A DNA stretch of 64,000 nucleotides. It comes from Eledone cirrhosa. Lineage: Eukaryota. Below the pieces are notes generated by a model. That model ran no database searches. It saw only the letters and a program-made list of their open reading frames with translations, and had not been told where the DNA came from. Both the position numbers and the translations under genes were made by a program. Numbering within the stretch: the stretch's first letter is position 1; each line of letters starts with the position of its first letter. The stretch is from NCBI GenBank assembly GCA_964016885.1, contig OZ024744.1, positions 47,740,001-47,804,000 on the forward strand, read 5' to 3'. Positions 1 through 15,000 of the stretch are shown piece after piece.

Positions 1-3000
1 GACTATCAAGACCAGAACACCAACCACATTAGACTATCAAGACCAGAACACCAACCACATTAGACTATCAAGACCAGAACACCAACCACATCACATTAGA
101 CTATCAAGACCAGAACACCAACCACATTAGATTTCAAGACCAGAACACCAACCACATTATACTATCAAGACCAGAACACCAACCACATCACATTAGAATA
201 TCAAGACCAGAACACCAACCACATTAGACTATCAAGACCAGAACACCAACCACAATAGGCTATCAAGACCAGAACACCAACCACATTAGACTATCAATAA
301 CAGAACACCAACCACATTAGACTATCAAGACAAGAACACCAACCACATTAGACTATCAAGAACAGAACACCAACCACATTAGACTATCAAGAACAGAACA
401 CCAACCACATTAGACTATCAAGACCAGAACACCAACCACATCACATTAGCCTATCAAGAACAGAACACCAACCACATTAGACTATCAAGACCAGAACACC
501 AACCACATTAGACTATCAAAACCAGAACACCAACCACATCACATTAGACTATCAAGACCAGAACACCAACCACATTAGACTATCAAGACCAGAACACCAA
601 CCACATCACATTAGAATATCCAGACCAGAACACCAACCATATCACATTAGACTATCAAGACCTGAACACCAACAACATCACATTAGACTATCAAGACCAG
701 AACACCAACAACATCACATTAGACTATCAAGACCAGAACACCAACCACATTAGACTATCAAGAACATAACACCAACAACATTAGACTATCAAGAACATAA
801 CACCAACCACATTAGACTATCAAGAACAGAACACCAACCACATTAGACTATCAAGAACAGAATACCAACCACATTAGACTATCAAGACCAGAACACCAAC
901 AACATCACATTAGCCTATCAAGAACAGAACACCAACCACATTAGACTATCAAGACCAGAACACCAACCACATTAGACTATCAAGACCAGAACACCAACCA
1001 CATCACATTAGACTATCAAGACCAGAACACCAACCACATTAGACTATCAAGACCAGAACACCAACCACATCACATTAGAATATCAAGACCAGAACACCAA
1101 CCACATCACATTAGACTATCAACACCAGAACACCAACAACATCACATTAGACTATCAAGACCAGAACACCAACCACATTAGACTATCAAGAACATAACAC
1201 CAGCAACATTAGACTATCAAGACCATAACACCAACCACATTAGACTATCAAGAACAGAACACCAACCACATTAGACTATCAAGACCAGAACACCAACAAC
1301 AATAGACTATCAAGACCAGAACACCAACCACATTAGACTATCAAGAACAGAACACCAACCATATTAGACTATCAAGACCAGAACACCAACCACATTAGAC
1401 TATCAAGAACAGAACACCAACCACATTAGACTATCAAGAACAGAACACCAACCACATTAGACTATCAAGACCAGAACAACAACCACATTAGACTATCAAG
1501 ACCAGAACACCAACCACATCACATTAGACTATCAAGACCAGAACACCAACCACATTAGACTATCAAGACCAGAACACCAACCACATCACATTAGACTATC
1601 AAGACCAGAACACCAACCACATCACATTAGACTATCAAGACCTGAACACCAACCACATCACATTAGACTATCAAGACCAGAACACCAACAACATCACATT
1701 AGACTATCAAGACCAGAACACCAACCACATTAGACTATCAAGAACAGAACACCAACAACATTAGACTATCAAGACCATAACACCAACCACATTAGACTAT
1801 CAAGAACAGAACACCAACCACATTAGACTATCAAGACCAGAACACCAACAACAATAGACTATCAAGACCAGAACACCAACCACATTAGACTATCAAGAAC
1901 AGAACACCAACCACATTAGACTATCAAGACCAGACCACCAACCACATTAGACTATCAAGAACAGAATACCAACCACATTAGACTATCAAGAACAGAACAC
2001 CAACCACATTAGACTATCAATACCAGAACACCAACCACATCACATTAGCCTATCAAGAACAGAACACCAACCACATTAGACTATCAAGACCAGAACACCA
2101 ACCACATTAGACTATCAAAACCAGAACACCAACCACATCACATTAGACTATCAAGACCAGAACACCACCCACATTAGACTATCAAGACCAGAACACCAAC
2201 CACATCACATTAGAATATCAAGACCAGAACACCAACCATATCACATTAGACTATCAAGACCTGAACACCAACCACATCACATTAGACTATCAAGACCAGA
2301 ACACCAACAACATCACATTAGACTATCAAGACCAGAACACAAACCACATTAGACTATCAAGAACATAACACCAACAACATTAGACTATCAAGACCATAAC
2401 ACCCACCACATTAGACTATCAAGAACAGAATACCAACCACATTAGACTATCAAGACCAGAACACCAACAACAATAGACTATCAAGACCAGAACACCAACC
2501 ACATTAGACTATCAAGAACAGAACACCAACCACATTAGACTATCAAGACCAGAACACCAACCACATTAGACTATCAAGAACAGAACACCAACCACACTAG
2601 ACTATCAAGAACAGAACACCAACCACATTAGTCTATCAAGACCAGAACACCAACCACATCACATTAGCCTATCAAGAACAGAACACCAACCACATTAGAC
2701 TATCAAGACCAGAACACCAACCACATTAGACTATCAAGACAAGAACACCAACCACATTACATTAGACTATCAAGACCAGAACACCAACCACATCAGATTA
2801 GACTATCCTGACCAGAACACCAACCACATTAGACTATCAAGAACAGAACTCCAACCACATTACACTATCAAGACCAGAACACCAACCACATCACATTAGA
2901 CTATCAAGACCAGAACACCAACCACATCACATTAGACTATCAAGACCAGAACACCAACCACATTAGACTATCATGACCAGAACACCAACCACATTAGACT

Positions 3001-6000
3001 ATCAAGACCATAACACCAACCACATCACATCAGACTATCAAGAGCAGAACACCAACCACATTAGACTATCAAGACCAGAACACCAACCATATTAGACTAT
3101 CAAGACCAGAACACCAACCACATTAGACTATCAAGACCAGAACACCAACCACATTAGACTATCAAGACCAGAACACCAACCACATTAGACTATCAAGACC
3201 AGAACACCAACCACATTAGACTATCAAGACCAGAACACCAACCACATTAGACTATCAAGACCAGAACACCAACCACATTAGACTATCAAAACCAGAACAC
3301 CAACCACATCACATAAGACTATGAAGACCAGAACATAAACCACATCACATTAGACTATCAAGACCAGAACACCAACCACATCACATTAGACTATCAAGAC
3401 CAGAACACCAACCACATCACATTAGACTATCAAGACCTGAACACCAACCACATCACATTAGACTATCAAGACCAGAACACCAACAACATCACATTAGACT
3501 ATCAAGACCAGAACACCAACCACATTAGACTATCAAGAACAGAACACCAACAACATTAGACTATCAAGACCATAACACCAACCACATTAGACTATCAAGA
3601 ACAGAACACCAACCATATTAGACTATCAAGACCAGAACACCAACAACAATAGACTATCAAGACCAGAACACCAACCACATTAGACTATCAAGAACAGAAC
3701 ACCAACCACATTAGACTATCAAGACAAGAACACCAACCACATTAGAGTATAAAGAACAGAACACCAACCACATTAGACTATCAAGAACAGAACACCAACC
3801 ACATTAGACTATCAAGACCAGAACACCAACCACATCACATTAGCCTATCAAGAACAGAACACCAACCACATTAGACTATCAAGACCAGAACTCCAACCAC
3901 ATTAGACTATCAAAACCAGAACACCAACCACATCACATTAGACTATCAAGACCAGAACACCAACCACATTAGACTATCAAGACCAGAACACCAACCACAT
4001 CACATTAGAATATCCAGACCAGAACACCAACCATATCACATTAGACTATCAAGATCTGAACACCAACCACATCACATTAGAATATCAAGACCAGAACACC
4101 AACAACATCACATTAGACTATCAAGACCAGAACACCAACCACATTAGACTATCAAGAACATAACACCAACAACATTAGACTATCAAGACCAGAACACCAA
4201 CAACATTAGACTATCAAGACCAGAACACCAACCACATTAGACTATCAAGAACAGAACACCAACCACATTAGACTATCAAGAACAGAACACCAACCACATT
4301 AGACTATCAAGACCAGAACACCAACAACATCACATTAGCCTATCAAGAACAGAACACCAACCACATTAGACTATCAAGACCAGAACACCAACCACATTAG
4401 ACTATCAAGACCAGAACACCAACCACATCACATTAGACTATCAATACCAGAACACCAACCACATTAGACTATCAAGACCAGAACACCAACCACATCACAT
4501 TAGAATATCAAGACCAGAACACCAACCACATCACATTAGACTATCAAGACCTGAACATCAACCACATCACATTAGACTATCAACACCAGAACACCAGCAA
4601 CATCACATTAGACTATCAAGACCAGAACAGCAACCACATTAGACTATCAAGAACATAACACCAGCAACATTAGACTATCAAGACCATAACACCAACCACA
4701 TTAGACTATCAAGAACAGAACACCAACCACATTAGACTATCAAGACCAGAACACCAACCACATTAGACTATCAAGACCAGAACACCAACCACATCACATT
4801 AGACTATCAAGACCAGAACACCAACCACATCACATTAGACTATCAAGACCTGAACACCAACCACATCACATTAGACTATCAAGACCAGAACACCAACAAC
4901 ATCACATTAGACTATCAAGAACAGAACACCAACCACATTAGACTATCAAGAACAGAACACCAACAACATTAGTCTATCAAGACCATAACACCAACCACAT
5001 TAGACTATCAAGAACAGAACACCAACCACATTAGACTATCAAGACCAGAACACCAACAACAATAGACTATCAAGACCAGAACACCAACCACATTAGAGTA
5101 TCAAGAACAGAACACCAACCACATTAGACTATCAAGACCAGAACACCAACCACATTAGACTATCAAGAACAGAAAACCAACCACATTAGACTATCAAGAA
5201 CAGAACACCAACCACATTAGACTATCAAGACCAGAACACCAACCACATCACATTAGCCTATCAAGAACAGAACACCAACCACATTAGACTATCAAGACCA
5301 GAACACCAACCACATTAGACTATCAAAACCAGAACACCAACCACATCACATTAGACTATCAAGACCAGAACAGCACCCACATTAGACTATCAAGACCAGA
5401 ACACCAACCACATCACATTAGAATATCAAGACCAGAACACCAACCATATCACATTAGACTATCAAGACCTGAACACCAACCACATCACATTAGACTATCA
5501 AGACCAGAACACCAACAACATCACATTAGACTATCAAGACCAGAACACCAACCACATTAGACTATCAAGAACATAACACCAACAACATTAGACTATCAAG
5601 ACCATAACACCAACCACATTAGACTATCAAGAACAGAATACCAACCACATTAGACTATCAAGACCAGAACACCAACAACAAAAGACTATCAAGACCAGAA
5701 CACCAACCACATTAGACTATCAAGAACAGAACACCAACCACATTAGACTATCAAGACCAGAACACCAACCACATTAGACTATCAAGAACAGAACACCAAC
5801 CACATTAGACTATCAAGAACAGAACACCAAACACATTAGACTATCAAGACCAGAACACCAACCACATCACATTAGCCTATCAAGAACAGAACACCAACCA
5901 CATTAGACTATCAAGACCAGAACACCAACCACATTAGACTATCAAGACAAGAACACCAACCACATCACATTAGACTATCAAGACCAGAACACCAACCACA

Positions 6001-9000
6001 TTAGACTATCAAGACCAGAACACCAACCACATCACATTAGAATATCAAAACCAGAACACCAACCACATCACATTAGACTATCAAAACCTGAACACCAACC
6101 ACATCACATTAGACTATCAAGACCAGAACACCAACAACATCACATTAGACTATCAAGACCAGAACACCAACCACATTAGACTATCAAGAACAGAACACCA
6201 ACAACATTAGACTATCAAGACCATAACACCAACCACATTAGACTATCAAGAACAGAACACCAACCACATTAGACTATCAAGACCAGAACACCAACAACAT
6301 TAGACTATCAAGACCAGAACACCAACCACATTAGACTATCAAGGACAGAACACCAACCATATTAGACTATCAAGACCAGAACACCAACCACATTAGACTA
6401 TCAAGAACAGAACACCAACCACATTAGACTATCAAGAACAGAACACCAACCACATTAGACTATCAAGACCAGAACACCAACCACATCACATTAGCCTATC
6501 AAGAACAGAACACCAACCACATTAGACTATCAAGACCAGAACACCAACCACATTAGACTATCAAGAACAGAACACAAACCACATTAGACTATCAAGACCA
6601 GAACACCAACCACATTAGACTATCAAGACCAGAACACCAAACACATTACACTATCAAGAACAGAACACCAACCACATTAGACTATCAAGAACAGAACACC
6701 AACCACATTAGACTATCAAGAACAGAACACCAACCACATTAGACTATCAAGACCAGAACACCAACCACATTAGACTATCAAGAACAGAACACCAACCACA
6801 TTAGACTATCAAGAACAGAACACCAACCACATTAGACTATCAAGAACAGAACACAAACCACATTAGACTATCAAGACCAGAACATTAACAACATCACATA
6901 GTCTATCAAGACCAGAACACCAACAACATCACATTAGACTATCAAGACCAGAACACCACCCACATCACATTAGACTATCAAGACCAGAACACCAAACACA
7001 TCACATTAGACTATCAAGACCAGAACACCAACCACATTAGACTACCAAGACCAGAACACCATTCACATCACATTGGACTATTAAGACCAGAACACCAACC
7101 ACATTAGACTATCAAGACCAGAACTCCAACCACATTAGACTATCAAGACCAGAACACCAACCACATCACATTAGACTATCAAGACCATAACACCAACCAC
7201 ATTAGACTATCAAGACCATAACACCAACCACATTAGACTATCAAGACCAGAACAACAACTAGATCACATTAGACTATCAAGACCAGAACATCAACAATAT
7301 CATTTTAGACTATCAAGACCAGAACACCAACATCATCACATTAGACTATCAAGACCAGAACACCAACCACATCACATTAGACTATCAAGACCAGAACACC
7401 AACCACATCACATTAGACTATCAAGACCAGAACACCAACCACATCACATTAGACTATCAAGACGTGAACACCAACCACATTAGACTATCAAGACCAGAAC
7501 ACCAACCACATTAGACTATCAAGACCAGAACACCAACCACATTAGACTATCAAGACCAGAACACCAACCACATCACATTAGACTATCAAGACCAGAACAC
7601 CAACCACATTAGATTTCAAGACCAGAACACCAACCACATTATACTATCAAGACCAGAACACCAACCACATCACATTAGAATATCAAGACCAGAACACCAA
7701 CCACATTAGACTATCAAGACCAGAACACCAACCACATCACATTAGACTATCAAGAACAGAACACCAACCACATCACATTAGACTATCAAGACCAGTACAC
7801 CAACCACATCACATTAGACTATCAAGACCAGAACACCAACCACATCACATTAGACTATCAAGACGTGAACACCAACCACATTAGACTATCAAGACCAGAA
7901 CACCAACAACATTAGACTATCAAGACCAGAACACCAACCACATTAGACTATCAAGACCAGAACACCAACCACATCACATTAGACTATCAAGACCAGAACA
8001 CCAACAACATCACATTAGACTATCAAGACCATAACACCAACCATATTAGACTATCAAGACCAGAACACCAACCACATCACATTAGACTATCAAGACCAGA
8101 ACACCAACCACATTAGACTATCAAGACCAGAACACCAACCATATTAGACTATCAAGACCAGAACACCAACCACATCACATTAGACTATCAAGACCAGAAC
8201 ACCAACCACATCACATTAGACTATCAAGACCAGAACACCAACCACATTAGACTATCAAGACCAGAACACCAACCACATCACATTAGACTATCAAGACCAG
8301 AACACCAACCACATTAGACTATCAAGAACAGAACACCAACCACATTAGACTATCAAGAACAGAACACCAACCACATTAGACTATCAATACCAGAACACCA
8401 ACCACATCACATTAGACTATCAAGACCAGAACACTAACCACATTAGACTATCAAGACCAGAACACTAACAACATCACATAGTCTATCAAGACCAGAACAC
8501 CAACAACATCACATTAGACTATAAAGACCAGAACACCAACAACATCACATTAGACTATCAAGACCAGAACACCACCCACATCACATTAGACTATCAAAAC
8601 CAGAACACCAAACACATCACATAAGACTATCAAGACCAGAACACCAACCACATTAGACTACCATGACCAGAACAACAACCACATCACATTAGACTATTAA
8701 GACCAGAACACCAACCACATCACATTAGACTATCAAGACCAGAACACCAACCACATTAGACTATCAAGACCAGAACTCCAACCACATCACATTAGACTAT
8801 CAAGACCAGAACACCAACCACATTAGACTATCAAGACCAGAACACCAACCACATCACATTAGACTATCAAGACCAGAACACGAACCACATCACATTAGAC
8901 TATCAAGACCAGAACATCAACCACATCACATTAGACTATCAAGACCATAACACCAACCACATTAGACTATCAAGACCATAACACCAACCACATTAGACTA

Positions 9001-12000
9001 TCAAGACCAGAACACCAACCACATTAGACTATCAAGACCAGAACACCAACCACATTAGACTATCAAGACCAGAACACCAACCACATCACATAAGACTATC
9101 AAGACCAGAACATAAACCACATCACATTAGCCTATCAAGACCAGAACACCAACCACATCACATTAGACTATCAAGACCAGAACACCAACCACATCACATT
9201 AGACCATCAAGACCAGAACACCAACCACATCACATTAGACTATCAAGACCAGAACACCAACCGCATCACATTAGACTATCAAGACCAGAACACCAACCAC
9301 ATTAGACTATCAAGACCAGAACACCAACCACATTAGACTATCAAGACCAGAACACCAACCACATTAGACTATCAAGACCAGAACACCAACCACATCACAT
9401 AAGACTATCAAGACCAGAACATAAACCACATCACATTAGACTATCAAGACCAGAACACCAACCACATCACATTAGACTATCAAGACCAGAATACCAACCA
9501 CATCACATTAGACTATCAAGACCAGAACACTAACCCCATTAGACTATCAAGACCAGAACACCAACCACATTAGACTATCAAGACCAGAACACCAACCACA
9601 TTAAACTATCAAGACCAGAACACCAACCACATTAGACTATCAAGACCAGAACTCCAACCACATTAGACTATCAAGACCAGAACACCAACCACATCACATT
9701 AGACTATCAAGACCAGAACACCAACCACATTAGACTATCAAGACCAGAACACCAACAATATCATTTTAGACTATCAAGACCAGAACACCAACCACATTAG
9801 ACTATCAAGACCAGAACACCAACAACATTAGACTATCAAGACCAGAACACCAACCACATCACATTAGACTATCAAGACCAGAACACCAACCACGTTAGAC
9901 TATCAAGACCAGAACACCAACCACATCACATTAGCCTATCAAGAACAGAACACCAACCACATTAGACTATCAAGACCAGAACACCAACCACATTAGACTA
10001 TCAAAACCAGAACACCAACCACATCACATTAGACTATCAAGACCAGAACACCAACCACATTAGACTATCAAGACCAGAACACCAACCACATCACATTAGA
10101 ATATCCAGACCAGAACACCTACCATATCACATTAGACTATCAAGACCTGAACACCAACCACATCACATTAGACTATCAAGACCAGAACACCAACAACATC
10201 ACATTAGACTATCAAGACCAGAACACCAACCACATTAGACTATCAAGAACATAACACCAACAACATTAGACTATCAAGAACATAACACCAACCACATTAG
10301 ACTATCAAGAACAGAACACCAACCACATTAGTCTATCAAGAACAGAACACCAACCACATTAGACTATCAAGACCAGAGCACCAACAACATCACATTAGCC
10401 TATCAACAACAGAACACCAACCACATTAGACTATCAAGACCAGAACACCAACCACATTAGACTATCAAGATCAGAACACCAACCACATCACATTAGACTA
10501 TCAAGACCAGAACACCAACCACATTAGACTATCAACACCAGAACACCAACCACATCACATTAGAATATCAAGACCAGAACACCAACCACATCACATTAGA
10601 CTATCAAGACCTGAACACCAACCACATCACATTAGACTATCAAGACCAGAACACCAACCACATTAGACTATCAAGAACATAACACCAGCAACATTAGACT
10701 ATCAAGACCATAACACCAACCACATTAGACTATCAAGAACAGAACACCAACCACATTAGACTATCAAGACCAGAACACCAACAACAATAGACTATCAAGA
10801 CCAGAACACCAACCACATTAGACTATCAAGAACAGAACACCAACCACATTAGACTATCAAGACCAGAACACCAACCACATTAGACTATCAAGAACAGAAC
10901 ACCAACCACATTAGACTATCAAGAACAGAACACCAACCACATTAGACTATCAAGACCAGAACACCAACCACATTAGACTATCAAGACCAGAACACCAACC
11001 ACATCACATTAGACTATCAAGACCAGATCACCAACCACATTAGACTATCAAGACCAGAACACCAACCACATCACATTAGACTATCAAGACCAGAACACCA
11101 ACAACATCACATTAGACTATCAAGACCAGAACACCAACCACATTAGACTATCAAGAACAGAACACCAACAACATTAGACTATCAAGACCATAACACCAAC
11201 CACATTAGACTATCAAGAACAGAACACCAACCACATTAGACTATCAAGACCAGAACACCAACAACAATAGACTATCAAGACCAGAACACCAACCACATTA
11301 GACTATCAAGAACAGAACACCAACCACATTAGACTATCAAGACCAGAACACCAACCACATTAGACTATCAAGAACAGCAAACCAACCACATTAGACTATC
11401 AAGAACAGAACACCAACCACATTAGACTATCAAGACCAGAACACCAACCACATCACATTAGCCTATCAAGAACAGAACACCAACCACATTAGACTATCAA
11501 GACCAGAAGACCAACCACATTAGACTATCAAAACCAGAACACCAACCACATCACATTAGACTATCAAGACCAGAACAGCACCCACATTAGACTATCAAGA
11601 CCAGAACACCAACCACATCACATTAGAATATCAAGACCAGAACACCAACCATATCACATTAGACTATCAAGACCTGAACACCAACCACATCACATTAGAC
11701 TATCAAGACCAGAACACCAACAACATCACATTAGACTATCAAGACCAGAACACCAACCACATTAGACTATCAAGAACATAACACCAACAACATTAGACTA
11801 TCAAGACCATAACACCAACCACATTAGACTATCAAGAACAGAATACCAACCACATTAGACTATCAAGACCAGAACACCAACAACAAAAGACTATCAAGAC
11901 CCGAACACCAACCACATTAGACTATCAAGAACAGAACACCAACCACATTAGACTATCAAGAACAGAACACCAACCACATTAGACTATCAAGAACAGAACA

Positions 12001-15000
12001 CCAACCACATTAGACTATCAAGACCAGAACACCAACCACATCACATTAGCCTATCAAGAACAGAACACCAACCACATTAGACTATCAAGACCAGAACACC
12101 AACCACATTAGACTATCAAGACAAGAACACCAACCACTTCACATTAGACTATCAAGACCAGAACACCAACCACATTAGACTATCAAGACCAGAACACCAA
12201 CCACATCACATTAGAATATCAAGACCAGAACACCAACCACATCACATTAGACTATCAAGACCTGAACACCAACCACATCACATTAGACTATCAAGACCAG
12301 AACACCAACAACATCACATTAGACTATCAAGACCAGAACACCAACCACATTAGACTATCAAGAACAGAACACCAACAACATTAGACTATCAGGACCATAA
12401 CACCAACCACATTAGACTATCAAGAACAGAACACCAACCACATTAGACTATCAAGACCAGAACACCAACAACATTAGACTATCAAGACCAGAACACCAAC
12501 CACATTAGACTATCAAGGACAGAACACCAACCATATTAGACTATCAAGACCAGAACACCAACCACATTAGACTATCAAGAACAGAACACCAACCACATTA
12601 GACTATCAAGAACAGAACACCAACCACATTAGACTATCAAGACCAGAACACCAACCACATCACATTAGCCTATCAAGAACAGAACACCAACCACATTAGA
12701 CTATCAAGACCAGAACACCAACCACATTAGACTATCAAGAACAGAACACAAACCACATTAGACTATCAAGACCAGAACACCAACCACATTAGACTATCAA
12801 GACCAGAACACCAAACACATTACACTATCAAGAACAGAACACCAACCACATTAGACTATCAAGAACAGAACACCAACCACATTAGACTATCAAGAACAGA
12901 ACACCAACCACATTAGACTATCAAGAACAGAACACCAACCACATTAGACTATCAAGACCATAACACCAACCACATTAGACTATCAAGACCATAACACCAA
13001 CCACATTAGACTATCAAGACCAGAACAACAACTAGATCACATTAGACTATCAAGACCAGAACATCAACAATATCATTTTAGACTATCAAGACCAGAACAC
13101 CAACAACATAACATTAGACTATCAAGACCAGAACACCAACCACATCACATTAGACTATCAAGACCAGAACACCAACCACATCACATTAGACTATCAAGAC
13201 CAGAACACCAACCACATCACATTAGACTATCAAGACGTGAACACCAACCACATTAGACTATCAAGACCAGAACACCAACCACATTAGACTATCAAGACCA
13301 GAACACCAACCACATTAGACTATCAAGACCAGAACACCAACCACATCACATTAGACTATCAAGACCAGAACACCAACCACATTAGATTTCAAGACCAGAA
13401 CACCAACCACATTATACTATCAAGACCAGAACACCAACCACATCACATTAGAATATCAAGACCAGAACACCAACCACATTAGACTATCAAGACCAGAACA
13501 CCAACCACATCACATTAGACTATCAAGAACAGAACACCAACCACATCACATTAGACTATGAAGACCAGTACACCAACCACATCACATTAGACTATCAAGA
13601 CCAGAACACCAACCACATCACATTAGACTATCAAGACGTGAACACCAACCACATTAGACTATCAAGACCAGAACACCAACAACATTAGACTATCAAGACC
13701 AGAACACCAACCACATTAGACTATCAAGACCAGAACACCAACCACATCACATTAGACTATCAAGACCAGAACACCAACAACATCACATTAGACTATCAAG
13801 ACCATAACACCAACCATATTAGACTATCAAGGCCAGAACACCAACCACATCACATTAGACTATCAAGACCAGAACACCAACCACATTAGACTATCAAGAC
13901 CAGAACACCAATCACATTAGACTATCAAGACCATAACACCAACCACATCACATTAGAATATCAAGACCAGAACACCAACCACATTAGACTATCAAGACCA
14001 GAACACCAACCACATCACATTAGACTATCAAGACCAGAACACCAACCACATTAGACTATCAAGAACAGAACACCAACCACATTAGACTATCAAGAAAAGA
14101 ACACCAACCACATTAGACTATCAAGACCAGAACACCAACCACATCACATTAGACTATCAAGACCAGAACACTAACCACATTAGACTATCAAGACCAGAAC
14201 ACTAACAACATCACATAGTCTATCAAGACCAGAACACCAACAACATCACATTAGACTATAAAGACCAGAACACCAACAACATCACATTAGACTATCAAGA
14301 CCAGAACACCACCCACATCACATTAGACTATCAAAACCAGAACACCAAACACATCACATAAGACTATCAAGACCAGAACACCAACCACATTAGACTACCA
14401 TGACCAGAACAACAACCACATCACATTAGACTATTAAGACCAGAACACCAACCACATCACATTAGACTATCAAGACCAGAACACCAACCACATTAGACTA
14501 TCAAGACCAGAACTCCAACCACATCACATTAGACTATCAAGACCATAACACCAACCACATTAGACTATCAAGACCAGAACACCAACCACATTAGACTATC
14601 AAGACCAGAACACCAACCACATCACATAAGACTATCAAGACCAGAACATAAACCACATCACATTAGACTATCAAGACCAGAACACCAACCACATTAGACT
14701 ATCAAGACCAGAACACCAACCACATCACATTAGACTATCAAGACCAGAACACCAACCACATCACATTAGACTATCAAGACCAGAACACCAACCACATCAC
14801 ATTAGACTATCAAGACCATAACACCAACCACATTAGACTATCAAGACCATAACACCAACCACATTAGACTATCAAGACCAGAACACCAACCACATTAGAC
14901 TATCAAGACCAAAACACCAACCACATTAGACTATCAAGACCAGAACACCAACCACATCACATAAGACTATCAAGACCAGAACATAAACCACATCACATTA

